In this document: positions 1-8,797 of the stretch, piece after piece
Layout: every line of letters begins with the position of its first letter
How positions within the stretch are numbered: position 1 is the stretch's first letter
IMG/VR virus record: IMGVR_UViG_3300002307_000084
Span: 1 to 45,461 of that record
Length of the DNA stretch: 45,461 nt
From: a virus
Lineage: Duplodnaviria; Caudoviricetes
Reading direction: 5' to 3' (one strand)
Program-made: the position numbers and the translations under genes
Notes under the pieces: generated by a model
Databases searched by the model: none
Told to the model about the DNA's origin: nothing
Seen by the model: the letters and a program-made list of their open reading frames with translations, nothing else

Positions 1-38
1 AGCCATTCGTCCCGCGTTGATTTTCTTGGTCTTGCCAT
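1..38 (-). CDS. N-terminal part (MARPRKSTRDEW..) of a small hypothetical protein that probably continues at 45461
   Basis: ATG at 38..36 directly follows the TAA of the upstream gene; frame is open to the window edge. Confidence 0.6.
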   Translation of the reverse strand, partial: MARPRKSTRDEW

Positions 39-998
39 TTATTTTCCACCTCCTCTGGTGTGCGACCAAGACGGCTGCGGAAGGCTAACCTTTACGCCCC
101 GCTCCTGGTTCATTCGCTTGATGAAAATCCTTTTGATTCTGTCGTAACATGGGGAGCGGTCGCGCTCTCCCATATTCCGGCCTATAAGCCAGTCTGAATA
201 ATCCCTGTCCGCTGAAAGCGCCATAAGGCAGCGCTTAAACTCGTCTTGCTTTATATTGTCCCAGCGGGTATTTGCGTGAGCACCCTCGTCCAATACGCAA
301 CGCCGGTAAAGCCACATGCAAAGGCACAAATTCAGCGCACTCCACAAACGATGGTATTCCGCGTCTCGACCAAAGGCTACAAAGCACATCTGCAGAAACT
401 GAATCATCACCTCCGTGTCCTTGACCGTCATGACCGCCGCCTGCACCGTGGCGCTGCCGATCAACTGCGGAACCTCACGGCCCGACCCAGACCAAGAACG
501 GATCGCAACAGACATACTCAACATCGGAGCGCTGCCGGTATTTCTGCGCACCATATCGTACCCGACAAATGAGCACTTTTCTCGAATCAACTTCAGGCTG
601 ACGGTGCCAGCTTCCAGGCCTCGGAGAATGTCATCAGGGTTTAACCGCACAAGTTGACTATTCAGCCGGACAAACTCTTCTCCCATTTCGGCCATTGAAT
701 CAAAATAATGAATTCTGACATCAGCCAGGCCATCTTTCAGCCCTGAAATCAGAAAAGAATGCCGCCTGTGCTGTCCGTCGATCAGGTACGTTTCACGACC
801 GATAATACCGAGCGTGACAACTCCGGGCCATACGCCACCATCGCGCTTCATCTCCTCTGCGAGATCGACAACCTTCCGGTTTTCCTTAATAGGTCGCTGA
901 AACTCCGGGCGCTTCCAGCTCTGGACGATCTCTGGCGTTACCAAAATGGTGTCCATCTTGGCCTTTGACGCTTTTTTAATCGGTACTGCTTGACCCAT
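39..998 (-). CDS. ParB/Srx-fold DGQHR-domain (DndB-like) protein
   Basis: FQRPI...YLIDGQHRR motif; likely start MGQAVP at 998 after a purine-rich AAGGATAGGAAAA leader (ORF track start 1034). Confidence 0.65.
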   Translation of the reverse strand: MGQAVPIKKASKAKMDTILVTPEIVQSWKRPEFQRPIKENRKVVDLAEEMKRDGGVWPGVVTLGIIGRETYLIDGQHRRHSFLISGLKDGLADVRIHYFDSMAEMGEEFVRLNSQLVRLNPDDILRGLEAGTVSLKLIREKCSFVGYDMVRRNTGSAPMLSMSVAIRSWSGSGREVPQLIGSATVQAAVMTVKDTEVMIQFLQMCFVAFGRDAEYHRLWSALNLCLCMWLYRRCVLDEGAHANTRWDNIKQDEFKRCLMALSADRDYSDWLIGRNMGERDRSPCYDRIKRIFIKRMNQERGVKVSLPQPSWSHTRGGGK

Positions 999-1098
999 TT
1001 TTCCTATCCTTTCTTGGACCCCGAAGGGCAGCATACGTCGCGTGCCAGGTATGCCAGCCGGTGGGAGGCCACCGCCGAAGGCGATGCCACGCGAGCTT

Positions 1099-1638
1099 TT
1101 AGAACGGTACGTCGTCGTCGGTTATTCCTGCGCCCCAAGCCGGATGCGGCGGTTCTTCTTCAACCTTCCGTTGCTTCGGAGGCTCTGGCGCACGGTCCTT
1201 CACGCGCACATAATCTACCGGCGTTGGTGCACGCATACCCTTGGCCAGCTTCATCACGCCGCCGACGTTGGCAAACGTGCCTCCGCGCGATCCAGTATTA
1301 TGTACCACATTCAGCAGGCATCCGGTTCCGATGCACGTTTCTGTATCGAACCCAAAAAGTTCCGTTGGAGTGAAAGCCCGTCCGCGCCATCCCTCCAGCG
1401 CCTTGCGCAGTTTTGCTTTCTCATGCAGGCTTGCTGTGTAATCCTGCTTCAGCATGTAGGGCTTGCCGGTGTTGTCCTGTTCGTCGATCTGCCATACGAA
1501 CCGAACCATCTGTCGATCCGGTTGGTCTGGGTCAAATCTGTTGCTTACCATACCGAGGTCGATGACATCCACGCAAACCGCCGCGAATGTACCTTCCGGC
1601 GCGGTGGCAAATCTTTCTTCCGGTGCTTTGACTATCAC
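1099..1638 (-). CDS. Phage ssDNA-binding/replication-associated protein (OB-fold type)
   Basis: PEGTFAAVCVDVIDLG, YTASLHEKAKLRKALEGWRG, acidic C-terminus DDDVPF typical of SSBs; GTGA overlap gives the start. Confidence 0.65.
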   Translation of the reverse strand: MIVKAPEERFATAPEGTFAAVCVDVIDLGMVSNRFDPDQPDRQMVRFVWQIDEQDNTGKPYMLKQDYTASLHEKAKLRKALEGWRGRAFTPTELFGFDTETCIGTGCLLNVVHNTGSRGGTFANVGGVMKLAKGMRAPTPVDYVRVKDRAPEPPKQRKVEEEPPHPAWGAGITDDDVPF

Positions 1639-1919
1639 GCTACCTTCTTTCCGGCCACGGCATGCGCGGCCTCCTTCTGTTTCCGTCTCACTTCGTTTAC
1701 CTGTTCCAAAACCTGCTCGTAGCACCATGCCGCCGCATCGGCGCTCACGGCATCAGCCTCCGCTTCGTCGCACGAGGACTTGTAAGAACAGAAAAAATCG
1801 ACGCTCTCATAGTTGCCGAGGTTGTATTTTCGGCTGGCGCTGCGAACGATCTCCACAGTCTTGCCGGTTGGCGCAGAACCGGCCACAGGTTTTCCGTCTG
1901 GTCCGTAGATCGCTGTCAT
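1635..1919 (-). CDS. Hypothetical protein
   Basis: ATGA-coupled ORF; RKYNLGNYESVDF resembles a motif in small phage proteins. Confidence 0.65.
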   Translation of the reverse strand: MTAIYGPDGKPVAGSAPTGKTVEIVRSASRKYNLGNYESVDFFCSYKSSCDEAEADAVSADAAAWCYEQVLEQVNEVRRKQKEAAHAVAGKKVA

Positions 1920-2290
1920 CGCCGCGCCCTTTCCATTTCCGATTCGCCGCCGCTCAGAATGGCTTCCCACGCCGGGGCCTTCACGCGCTGGTACTCAGCC
2001 CACGCCGGGGCCTTCACGCGCTGGTACTCAGCCCACGCCGGGGCCTTCACGCGCTGGTACTCAGCCCACGCCGGGGCATTCACGCGCTCGTACTCAGCCC
2101 ACGCCGGGGCCATGGATGGCAACGTTTTTGCTAGCCATTCCATATCGTCCAGCCCGTTGCTGCGGAACACGTCCAGCACGTCAAAAATCTCATCCATGCC
2201 CCGGCCCGGATATGCCGCCAGCAGCTTCTTCCAGCCGGATTCGCAGGGTTTGTGGCTCCTGATCTCGTTCAGCGTGGTAGTGTATTTCAT
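1916..2290 (-). CDS. Hypothetical protein with 11-aa helical repeats (APAWAEYQRVK)
   Basis: Coupled ORF; TTLNEIRSHKPCESGWKKLL N-terminus followed by tandem repeats. Confidence 0.75.
   Translation of the reverse strand: MKYTTTLNEIRSHKPCESGWKKLLAAYPGRGMDEIFDVLDVFRSNGLDDMEWLAKTLPSMAPAWAEYERVNAPAWAEYQRVKAPAWAEYQRVKAPAWAEYQRVKAPAWEAILSGGESEMERARR
1966..2110. repeat. 33-bp in-frame tandem repeat, ~4.4 copies
   Basis: CCCACGCCGGGGCCTTCACGCGCTGGTACTCAG repeated head-to-tail with no spacers. Confidence 0.95.
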
Positions 2291-2616
2291 CGCGCCCTCC
2301 TCACCCCGTAATCGCCGCTCAGCTTCAGGCTGTATCCGCGCACCGCATCCTCACTGCGCTGGTCCCGCTCCATCTGATCCAGCCGCGCGGCTTCTTCGAT
2401 CTGCGCCGGGTGCTGCGGGCAATCGGTAGTGTGCGCCGGCGCAAACTCCGCGCAGTGTCCGCACATCGTCGCGCACTTCGCGCAGGCCGGAGAGCCGTCC
2501 AGCGTTGCGGTTGCGGGCGCGGCCTCTTCGCAGTAGCCGCACGGTTCAGGAGTCGCAATGGCCGGGGCGAAGCCGTTCAGGATCGCCCGGAATGGTTGGG
2601 CTACGTGGGCGTTCAT
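2287..2616 (-). CDS. Hypothetical Cys-rich protein
   Basis: ATGA overlaps at both ends; CxxC pairs. Confidence 0.6.
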   Translation of the reverse strand: MNAHVAQPFRAILNGFAPAIATPEPCGYCEEAAPATATLDGSPACAKCATMCGHCAEFAPAHTTDCPQHPAQIEEAARLDQMERDQRSEDAVRGYSLKLSGDYGVRRAR

Positions 2617-2885
2617 GCCTTGCCGCCTTCCGGGGTGTATGCCGGGAAAAACGCTACCGGATCGAGGGCATCAATCCGCGCTACGGTGTCATTGCCAAAA
2701 ACGCACCACGTTGATTCGTCCGGAAGCGGGCGGTCTATGTAATCGCGCAGAATTTCGATAGAGCAAATCTGGATCGCCTGCTCGTATCCAGGGCCTAAGC
2801 CGCCCAATTCAATGGTCCAGATAGACTCTCCGCGATCCCACGCGCGCAGCCTCTCCGTAATTTCTTGTTTCGTTTGTTCGGTCAT
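2613..2885 (-). CDS. Hypothetical protein
   Basis: GGAGG SD and predicted promoter directly upstream. Confidence 0.7.
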   Translation of the reverse strand: MTEQTKQEITERLRAWDRGESIWTIELGGLGPGYEQAIQICSIEILRDYIDRPLPDESTWCVFGNDTVARIDALDPVAFFPAYTPEGGKA

Positions 2886-2889
2886 GTTG

Positions 2890-2941
2890 TGCCGCCTCCC
2901 AGCGACAAGACCAATTTAGCACCTTTCGCGCACGTGCGCAA
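2890..2941 (-). promoter_or_regulatory. Sigma70-like promoter TTGCGC-N17-TAAATT (TGn extended) with operator GCGCACGTGCGC (2928-2939) and SD; copy 1 of a 52-bp direct repeat
   Basis: 49/52 identical to 42539-42590. Confidence 0.8.
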
Positions 2942-2944
2942 GTG

Positions 2945-3238
2945 TTATTTTGCGGTCAGCAGACCGGCGATCGCCTGCGACACCGAAACCTTCTGACGCG
3001 CGCATTCCTGTTTCGCCGCTTTGATCGTTTCCGGCCGCAGGAACACCGTGGCCCGTACACCGCCGGCGGTCTTTACAGCCGCCAGCTGGCTCCGGTTGCC
3101 CGGCTGGAACCTGGCTTCGATTACTGCCGCTATCCGCGCCGAGACGGATTCCCCGGCGGCCGCGGCGTTTGCCCTGATCGCCTCATATTCGGCCCGCGGA
3201 ACCATCACAGAAAAACGCACCGCTGTTTTTTGTTTCAT
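2945..3238 (-). CDS. Tandem ribbon-helix-helix DNA-binding protein (candidate repressor)
   Basis: Two RHH-like units: VRFSVMVPRAEYEAIRANAAAAGESVSARIAAVI and RATVFLRPETIKAAKQECARQKVSVSQAIAGLL. Confidence 0.7.
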   Translation of the reverse strand: MKQKTAVRFSVMVPRAEYEAIRANAAAAGESVSARIAAVIEARFQPGNRSQLAAVKTAGGVRATVFLRPETIKAAKQECARQKVSVSQAIAGLLTAK

Positions 3239-3245
3239 GCTCTCG

Positions 3246-3263
3246 ATTCTAGCGCACATGCGC
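3246..3263 (-). promoter_or_regulatory. -10 box TAGAAT abutting operator variant (3252-3263), 7 nt before the ATG
   Basis: GCGCACATGCGC immediately upstream of TAGAAT on the minus strand; no SD. Confidence 0.7.
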
Positions 3264-3341
3264 ATCTTTGCGGTACGCCTGGGCGATAAATCGGCTCAGC
3301 GGCGGTCCAGCCGCCCAAACCGCAAAACAGGTCGATAGCTA

Positions 3342-4196
3342 TCATTCGCACAATCCATACTTCGATTCACAGGATTCCCGCTCATGCAGGATCGGAAACA
3401 TCTGCTGCCGGCCCCCGCGAGATGTCCGAGCCCATTCCAGCACCTGGTCTATGGTGTTTGTATACATTCCTGGCACGCATGGAGAAAAAAAAGTTCGCCC
3501 TGTCCGTAATTCCAGCCCGCGTACCTTCTCAATCATTTCCGGTCTGCGGATGTCCCAGTTCAGAATATCTTCTTTGCCGCTGTTGATGCAGGGCGCACAG
3601 CCGACCCTGTTGAAACCAAGCGCATAGAGAGGGTTAACCTGCTCACCGTGGGCCTGCACGTAGTCGAAACACATCTGCTTAGTCCAGTCCGCAATAGGCG
3701 AGTGCAACTCACAATCAAACCAGTCTTCCCACGCCTCAATTGGCGCGTTCTTGCGTGCTTCCGATTCGTCCCGGCGAACTCCGGTGTATCGGCAATACGC
3801 GACACCTTCATGGATTCCGCCAGGCCCGAATGTTGCATTCAGCCACCGCCGTTGCGGCTCCAGTTTTAGTTTCTCGGTACAGAACTGCGCCTTGCGGCTG
3901 GGCGGTCGGCCCTTAATCCGAACCATTTCCTCGAAGGTCAGAACCGCGTTACCGTCCAGCCCCTTCGTTTCAGCAAATCCCGGCGTCTTCCACATGTCGC
4001 TCACGATGGCGTTTGTCTTCACTACTGGATGCACGTTGGCGCTGTACCAGTCCACGAATCCAGTTGTCAATGGGTCTTCCCATCCGCCCGCGTCCGAGTT
4101 GGTCAAGATGACATCCTCAGCCGGGTATCGGTTCAGCACCCAGCGGGCGCACGCCTGTGAGTCAACACCGCCCGAGAAACCTACGATATGTTTCAT
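3342..4196 (-). CDS. Phosphoadenosine phosphosulfate (PAPS) reductase family protein
   Basis: FSGGVDS PP-loop, QFCTEKLK, TGVRRDES..R, NPLY..GFNRVGCAPC. Confidence 0.85.
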   Translation of the reverse strand: MKHIVGFSGGVDSQACARWVLNRYPAEDVILTNSDAGGWEDPLTTGFVDWYSANVHPVVKTNAIVSDMWKTPGFAETKGLDGNAVLTFEEMVRIKGRPPSRKAQFCTEKLKLEPQRRWLNATFGPGGIHEGVAYCRYTGVRRDESEARKNAPIEAWEDWFDCELHSPIADWTKQMCFDYVQAHGEQVNPLYALGFNRVGCAPCINSGKEDILNWDIRRPEMIEKVRGLELRTGRTFFSPCVPGMYTNTIDQVLEWARTSRGGRQQMFPILHERESCESKYGLCE

Positions 4197-4699
4197 GCGG
4201 CCACCGATCCGCGCCCGGCGCACACCGGGCAGCGCTCGTTAAATCCCATCCCCCGGAAGACCTTCTGGACAACGCCACGGCCCTCGCACTTCTGACAGAC
4301 TCCGGGGCGGTTTTCTTCCCCGTTCAGATTTGGCCTTGTCTCTTGTTCTTCTGTTTCTTGTGCATAAGGATGATCCGGCAGTTTTCTGCCGGATCGTTCG
4401 GCAGTTTTCTGCCGGACCGGTTCGGCAGTTTTCTGCCGAATGAAACCGTACACATTCGGCCCGGTGACTACACGCCGCGATTCCAGGTATGCCCGCTTTT
4501 TCAACTCGTTCAGCGCCGTCCGAAGCGCCCGGTCTTTGATCCCAATTAGCGCCTGAAGCCGCGACTGGTGAATCGCTATCGATTCCTCGCCCCATGACTC
4601 ATCATCCAGCAAAAGAAAAAGCCGGGCTGCACCATGCGACAGTTTTGTGTCGCGCAGCGCCCGGCTGCGTACATCAAATCGTTCGGGTCTTTTTGCCAT
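4193..4699 (-). CDS. Phage replication initiator (N-terminal wHTH, C-terminal CxxCxGxG Zn finger)
   Basis: LRDTKLSHGAARLFLLL..HQSRLQALIGIKDRALRTALNELKKRAYL wHTH pattern; internal iterons. Confidence 0.7.
   Translation of the reverse strand: MAKRPERFDVRSRALRDTKLSHGAARLFLLLDDESWGEESIAIHQSRLQALIGIKDRALRTALNELKKRAYLESRRVVTGPNVYGFIRQKTAEPVRQKTAERSGRKLPDHPYAQETEEQETRPNLNGEENRPGVCQKCEGRGVVQKVFRGMGFNERCPVCAGRGSVAA
4374..4440. repeat. Three palindromic iterons CGGCAG-TTTT-CTGCCG; putative replication origin
   Basis: Copies at 4374-4393, 4397-4416 and 4421-4440 inside the initiator gene, next to a strand-asymmetric A-rich tract. Confidence 0.8.
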
Positions 4700-4803
4700 C
4701 GCCCCTCCTTACGGGGTTGAGGTGGGAGCCGGTGGTAAGGACACCGGCTCCGCGCCCTCGTCTGCGGCCCCAAGGGATCAGGCTGGGACCAAATGCGATT
4801 ATA
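4700..4803 (-). promoter_or_regulatory. TATAAT -10 box and structured leader of the replication gene
   Basis: TATAAT at 4803..4798; hairpin GGAGCCGGTG..CACCGGCTCC; AAGGAGG SD. Confidence 0.5.
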
Positions 4804-4808
4804 GCCTA

Positions 4809-5189
4809 CTACAGCGCCATAATAGGCTCCAGCGCTCCAATATCTGACGGCGACAGTTTACAGCCGTCCAGCCATGCCAGCGGTATTGGTTCGGCCGCGA
4901 TCTCGACCGTCTGAGATCCCAGAGCCGCCATCTGATCGGTAAACCATCCGATGTACTCCGGCAGGATCAGCCGAGTTCCTTCCGGCACGCTCGGCCCCTG
5001 AGCCGGCGCCGAATGCTGGTCGTCGAACATTCGATTACGGGCAACCATAGCGGCCTGATATTCGGCCACCAGAGCCCGTTGGAGGCGCTGGACCCGCCAG
5101 GCCGCGGCAACGGGCATCTCCTGCCCGGACAGGCGCGCCAGCGCGCCGCTGTCGCCAATGGTCATGACTTCGGCAAGAGTCAGCGTCAT
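4809..5189 (-). CDS. Hypothetical tail-module protein (possible fibre assembly chaperone)
   Basis: ATGA-coupled to the tail tip gene; last gene of the tail operon. Confidence 0.6.
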   Translation of the reverse strand: MTLTLAEVMTIGDSGALARLSGQEMPVAAAWRVQRLQRALVAEYQAAMVARNRMFDDQHSAPAQGPSVPEGTRLILPEYIGWFTDQMAALGSQTVEIAAEPIPLAWLDGCKLSPSDIGALEPIMAL

Positions 5190-8100
5190 AGGGTTACCGA
5201 TTGAGAGCCTGTACACGGAAAACCAAGGGAATCGTTGAAACTGTTCCCGAAAATCGTAAAGTTGGTCCCGCTGGCGACAAACGCCGAACTGGGTTGGAAC
5301 GCGGCCGTTCCAAACCCGCCACCGGTTACCGAACCGCCGATGGTCAGGTTGTTGACGCTGGTGTTGGCGAAATCGGCGTTTCCGCTTGATCGGATGATCC
5401 AGTTGCCCAGATTGTTCTGCACGCTGGCATGGGTGACTGCGCTACCCGCGCCCAGTCCCAGATTCGTGGCTACCGTGGCCGCGTTGGTGACGTCGCTGAG
5501 GTTGTTCGCCGCAACACAAAAATGGGCTTCGGCGAATGTCGCCGCCGTACCCAGTCCCAGATTTGTTCGCGCGTTGGCCGCCGTGGTGGCGTTGGTTCCG
5601 CCATTGGCGATTGCCACCGTACTGCCGCTGATAAGCGCGGAGAACGCCGCGGCCGCGCTGCTCTGGCCGGTACCGCCCTGGCTGATCCCCACTATGCCAG
5701 TGATCGCCGACGCTGCGACAGCCGGCACGTCAGCCGCCACCAGCGCGCGGAACGTCGGCGCCGAAGGCGCACCGGTGGACGGCCCGGCAAGGACAAAATT
5801 GGCCGTTTGCGTGTTCCACGACAGCGCAATCGTGCCGCTTGTGGTGATAGGTGTTCCACCAACGGAAAATTGAGTCGGCGCCGTAAAATCAACACTGGTG
5901 ACTCCGCTTGTGGATGCAACTCCAGACAGTGAGCCCGGCGCGCTTATCAGGCTGGCACCGGCGCCCGAAGAACCAGCACCGCCGCCCAGCTTTTCCCAGA
6001 AGTCCAGATATGAACCGATCACGCTGCTGTTGATAAGCGTGACCGAGTACCGGTAGTGACCGCCGCCCGGCGCGCTCAGCTGCTCCATGTACGGCGATAC
6101 GTGAAGCATTTCGCCCCGCACTTCCTGCACCAGATACGAGGTATTCACCAGCGCCGCGATGCCGACCGGATTGTCGGAAAAATTCACCGTCAGATACTGG
6201 CCGGGAATCAGCCCTGGAATCATCGTTTCAAACGTGAACACAACAGGCAAAACCTTATATGCCGCCAGCGCCTGCTGCGCTTCGAGCAGGCCGGTTGCCG
6301 CGTTCTTTTGGTTTGTGTCGTCGGTCAGTTGCTGATACTTTCCGGTTCCGGCCTCAATCGCCGCGCGCGATGTCACCAGCGACGTGTCTTCGACCGAAAT
6401 GCAATCGGCGGCCAGTCGTGTGTATTCGACCTGAAGCGACCATGCCGCGCTGATCGGAACAGACTGGCCGGGAACACTGGCCAGCTTCACTGATGCTGAA
6501 CCAGGGGTGTAATACAAATTCGCGCTATTGCTGGTGCCCTCGACCGCCACCGTGAGCGTGATCGTGTTGCCTGATGATGCAGTGGACCCGCCGCTGGTTG
6601 TCACAGCAGACCACGTGAAATTGCTGGCCGCTTTCGCAAGAGACGCGATATACCCCTTGCCCGCGCTCTTATTGCGGATCGTGATTGTGGCGCCGCCCGG
6701 CGTATCGGCATTAACCAACGGATTCTCCCACGTTGGCAGCGAAAATTTTACGCCAGTCTGTGCCTGCGTGGCGTTGATCGCATAACTGAGATTGAGCGCG
6801 CACGCGGCCGCGCTGGCTCCGATCAACACCTGGCCCCACTGGCTGTTGTCGATTGCGGTTTTGAACGTGTACACCGCCGCGCTGAAAGAACCGCCACCGT
6901 TCTGCCCCTGATCCGTCCACACCACAGAGCCATCTGCGGTGGTGCTGCCCGATGTGTTCCATGTCGGTTGCACACCACCGCTCGTTCCTGCGGTTGTGCA
7001 GCGCTGAATATGCAGATTGCTGTCGATGATGATCTGGTTCAGCGCATAAGGCGCCACCGCCGCCCAGTTGTACGTGCTGCCGCTTACCGGATACGAGATC
7101 GTAATAGTGTCGCCATCGGACGGAAGGCCGGTGAACGTTCCGGTCGCCGTGTTCTGAGTGTTCTTGGTCACCCAGGCGTACTTAACCTCGGACGGCGGGT
7201 TGCGAAGCGTAAACGTCGAAGCCGATCCGGTGCCGGCGAACAGTTCTGATGAGTTGGCAAACGCATCGCCGCTGATCTGCAGTATCTGCCGATTCCGGTA
7301 ATCGGTGCGATCATTCTTCCAGTGCGAACTGCCGTTCTGAATCTGCGCGGTCGCCAGCGTGAACGGCCCCGGCGTCGTCGTCGGCGCATAAAAGTACAGC
7401 GTAAGAGTTGTCGGGTCCACGCCCCACGTATAACCAGAAGCGGTCGCCAACTGGTCGAATATTTCCGCCAGCGTCGGCCACTTGTCGATGACCAGAGACG
7501 GAATCGTTTGGCCGGCAGCGATTGAACCGAGGCCCACCGGGGCGCCGGTCATCAACTGGGTGAACAGAGTAGAGATGATGTACCCGGCTGAGGAATTCAG
7601 GAACGCCTGCGGCGGGATTCGGACAGTATCAAACGCCTGCTCAAACGACACCGCATTGCATCGGTAGCGACGATACCCGGCGATGCCATCCCATTCCTGC
7701 TCAATCGTGCCGATGGTTCCGGCGAACACGATGGTTCCGGTTGACGTCGGCGTCACATCGAACAGAAACACCTGCATACCCAGAGTTGGCGCGTAGGAGT
7801 CGCCCGCAGCCACGCGCAGCGAAATACTGGCCGATCCCCGCTGACGTAGTTGCAGTTCAAAGGAATTGTCGCTGCCGTCGCTGGAATCCAGCCGGGCCGT
7901 CTGGTCCACGTATCCGGTGCCGGGCTCGTTGGTAATCAGCCAGGCCCCCGGAATCACCGGAGGCGTCGGCGTGGTGCCCGCGGTGGTGTACAGCGTAACC
8001 GTTTCCCACGGGTTGCCTTGCGTGGTGTCGCCAGATGACAAAAGTTTGTAAGCCGCGCTGTTTCCGGTTTCCAGATCGACCGATGCCGATGTGATCGGCG

Positions 8101-8797
8101 TTCCGCCTTGATGCAGCGAAAACCCCATCTCGATCACGAAATAGTCGCCCGCAGCAATCGACTTTGGCCCGCTGGCGCCGACCTGAATTGTTTCGATGTT
8201 ACTGGTCAGCGTAGAAGTCAGCGTACCGGACGTTGGCAACGTCGATGTGGACAGCCGAAACTTCAGCGTGTTGGTGCCGTCGTACAGTTTCAGGCACCCG
8301 GCAAAGCTCATGAAGTTTCCGGCCGATGGCGAGAACGTTGCAGCCAGCCGGGCGATGCAGGAGCCAGCGAACGACGACAGACTGGAGTATGCTGATATGC
8401 CCTGGTCAGCCCAGGTCACCGTGCCGTCTGTCGTCGTCGCCCCGGTGCCGTGGACCCACGCCGGCGCCGATCCACCGGAAGTTCCGGCGACCGTCACCAC
8501 CTGAACATGCAGCGACGGGTCGTAAACGATCTGACCGACCTTGAACGCAGTCGCCGCCGTCCAACTGTCGATGAACGGAGGCGTTACGTACTGACGAATC
8601 AGAACCGAGTGATACCCGGCCCCCGCAGGGTAGGAGGCCGGCACCACGGTCTTTGTCGCAAACCCGCTGGTGCCTGTGGTGTCCCAGATCGCCGCCACGC
8701 GGTCGGCGCTGCTGGTGTCATACCAACCGGCGTCAAACGCTGGCGACACTGCAGGCGCGCCGCTGGACGGAAAGTATATGGTTCGCTGTACGCTCAT
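5186..8797 (-). CDS. Large tail tip / receptor-binding protein (1203 aa)
   Basis: Follows tape measure; hub-like segment (IFDQLATASGYTWGVD..LYFY); two W-rich repeats; Gly/Thr-rich fibre C-terminus (GGTNATTAANARTNLGLG). Confidence 0.85.
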   Translation of the reverse strand: MSVQRTIYFPSSGAPAVSPAFDAGWYDTSSADRVAAIWDTTGTSGFATKTVVPASYPAGAGYHSVLIRQYVTPPFIDSWTAATAFKVGQIVYDPSLHVQVVTVAGTSGGSAPAWVHGTGATTTDGTVTWADQGISAYSSLSSFAGSCIARLAATFSPSAGNFMSFAGCLKLYDGTNTLKFRLSTSTLPTSGTLTSTLTSNIETIQVGASGPKSIAAGDYFVIEMGFSLHQGGTPITSASVDLETGNSAAYKLLSSGDTTQGNPWETVTLYTTAGTTPTPPVIPGAWLITNEPGTGYVDQTARLDSSDGSDNSFELQLRQRGSASISLRVAAGDSYAPTLGMQVFLFDVTPTSTGTIVFAGTIGTIEQEWDGIAGYRRYRCNAVSFEQAFDTVRIPPQAFLNSSAGYIISTLFTQLMTGAPVGLGSIAAGQTIPSLVIDKWPTLAEIFDQLATASGYTWGVDPTTLTLYFYAPTTTPGPFTLATAQIQNGSSHWKNDRTDYRNRQILQISGDAFANSSELFAGTGSASTFTLRNPPSEVKYAWVTKNTQNTATGTFTGLPSDGDTITISYPVSGSTYNWAAVAPYALNQIIIDSNLHIQRCTTAGTSGGVQPTWNTSGSTTADGSVVWTDQGQNGGGSFSAAVYTFKTAIDNSQWGQVLIGASAAACALNLSYAINATQAQTGVKFSLPTWENPLVNADTPGGATITIRNKSAGKGYIASLAKAASNFTWSAVTTSGGSTASSGNTITLTVAVEGTSNSANLYYTPGSASVKLASVPGQSVPISAAWSLQVEYTRLAADCISVEDTSLVTSRAAIEAGTGKYQQLTDDTNQKNAATGLLEAQQALAAYKVLPVVFTFETMIPGLIPGQYLTVNFSDNPVGIAALVNTSYLVQEVRGEMLHVSPYMEQLSAPGGGHYRYSVTLINSSVIGSYLDFWEKLGGGAGSSGAGASLISAPGSLSGVASTSGVTSVDFTAPTQFSVGGTPITTSGTIALSWNTQTANFVLAGPSTGAPSAPTFRALVAADVPAVAASAITGIVGISQGGTGQSSAAAAFSALISGSTVAIANGGTNATTAANARTNLGLGTAATFAEAHFCVAANNLSDVTNAATVATNLGLGAGSAVTHASVQNNLGNWIIRSSGNADFANTSVNNLTIGGSVTGGGFGTAAFQPSSAFVASGTNFTIFGNSFNDSLGFPCTGSQSVTL

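Noticed and set aside
1966-2110. 33-bp repeats as a CRISPR array
   Set aside because: Head-to-tail with no unique spacers, in frame within a CDS, no cas genes
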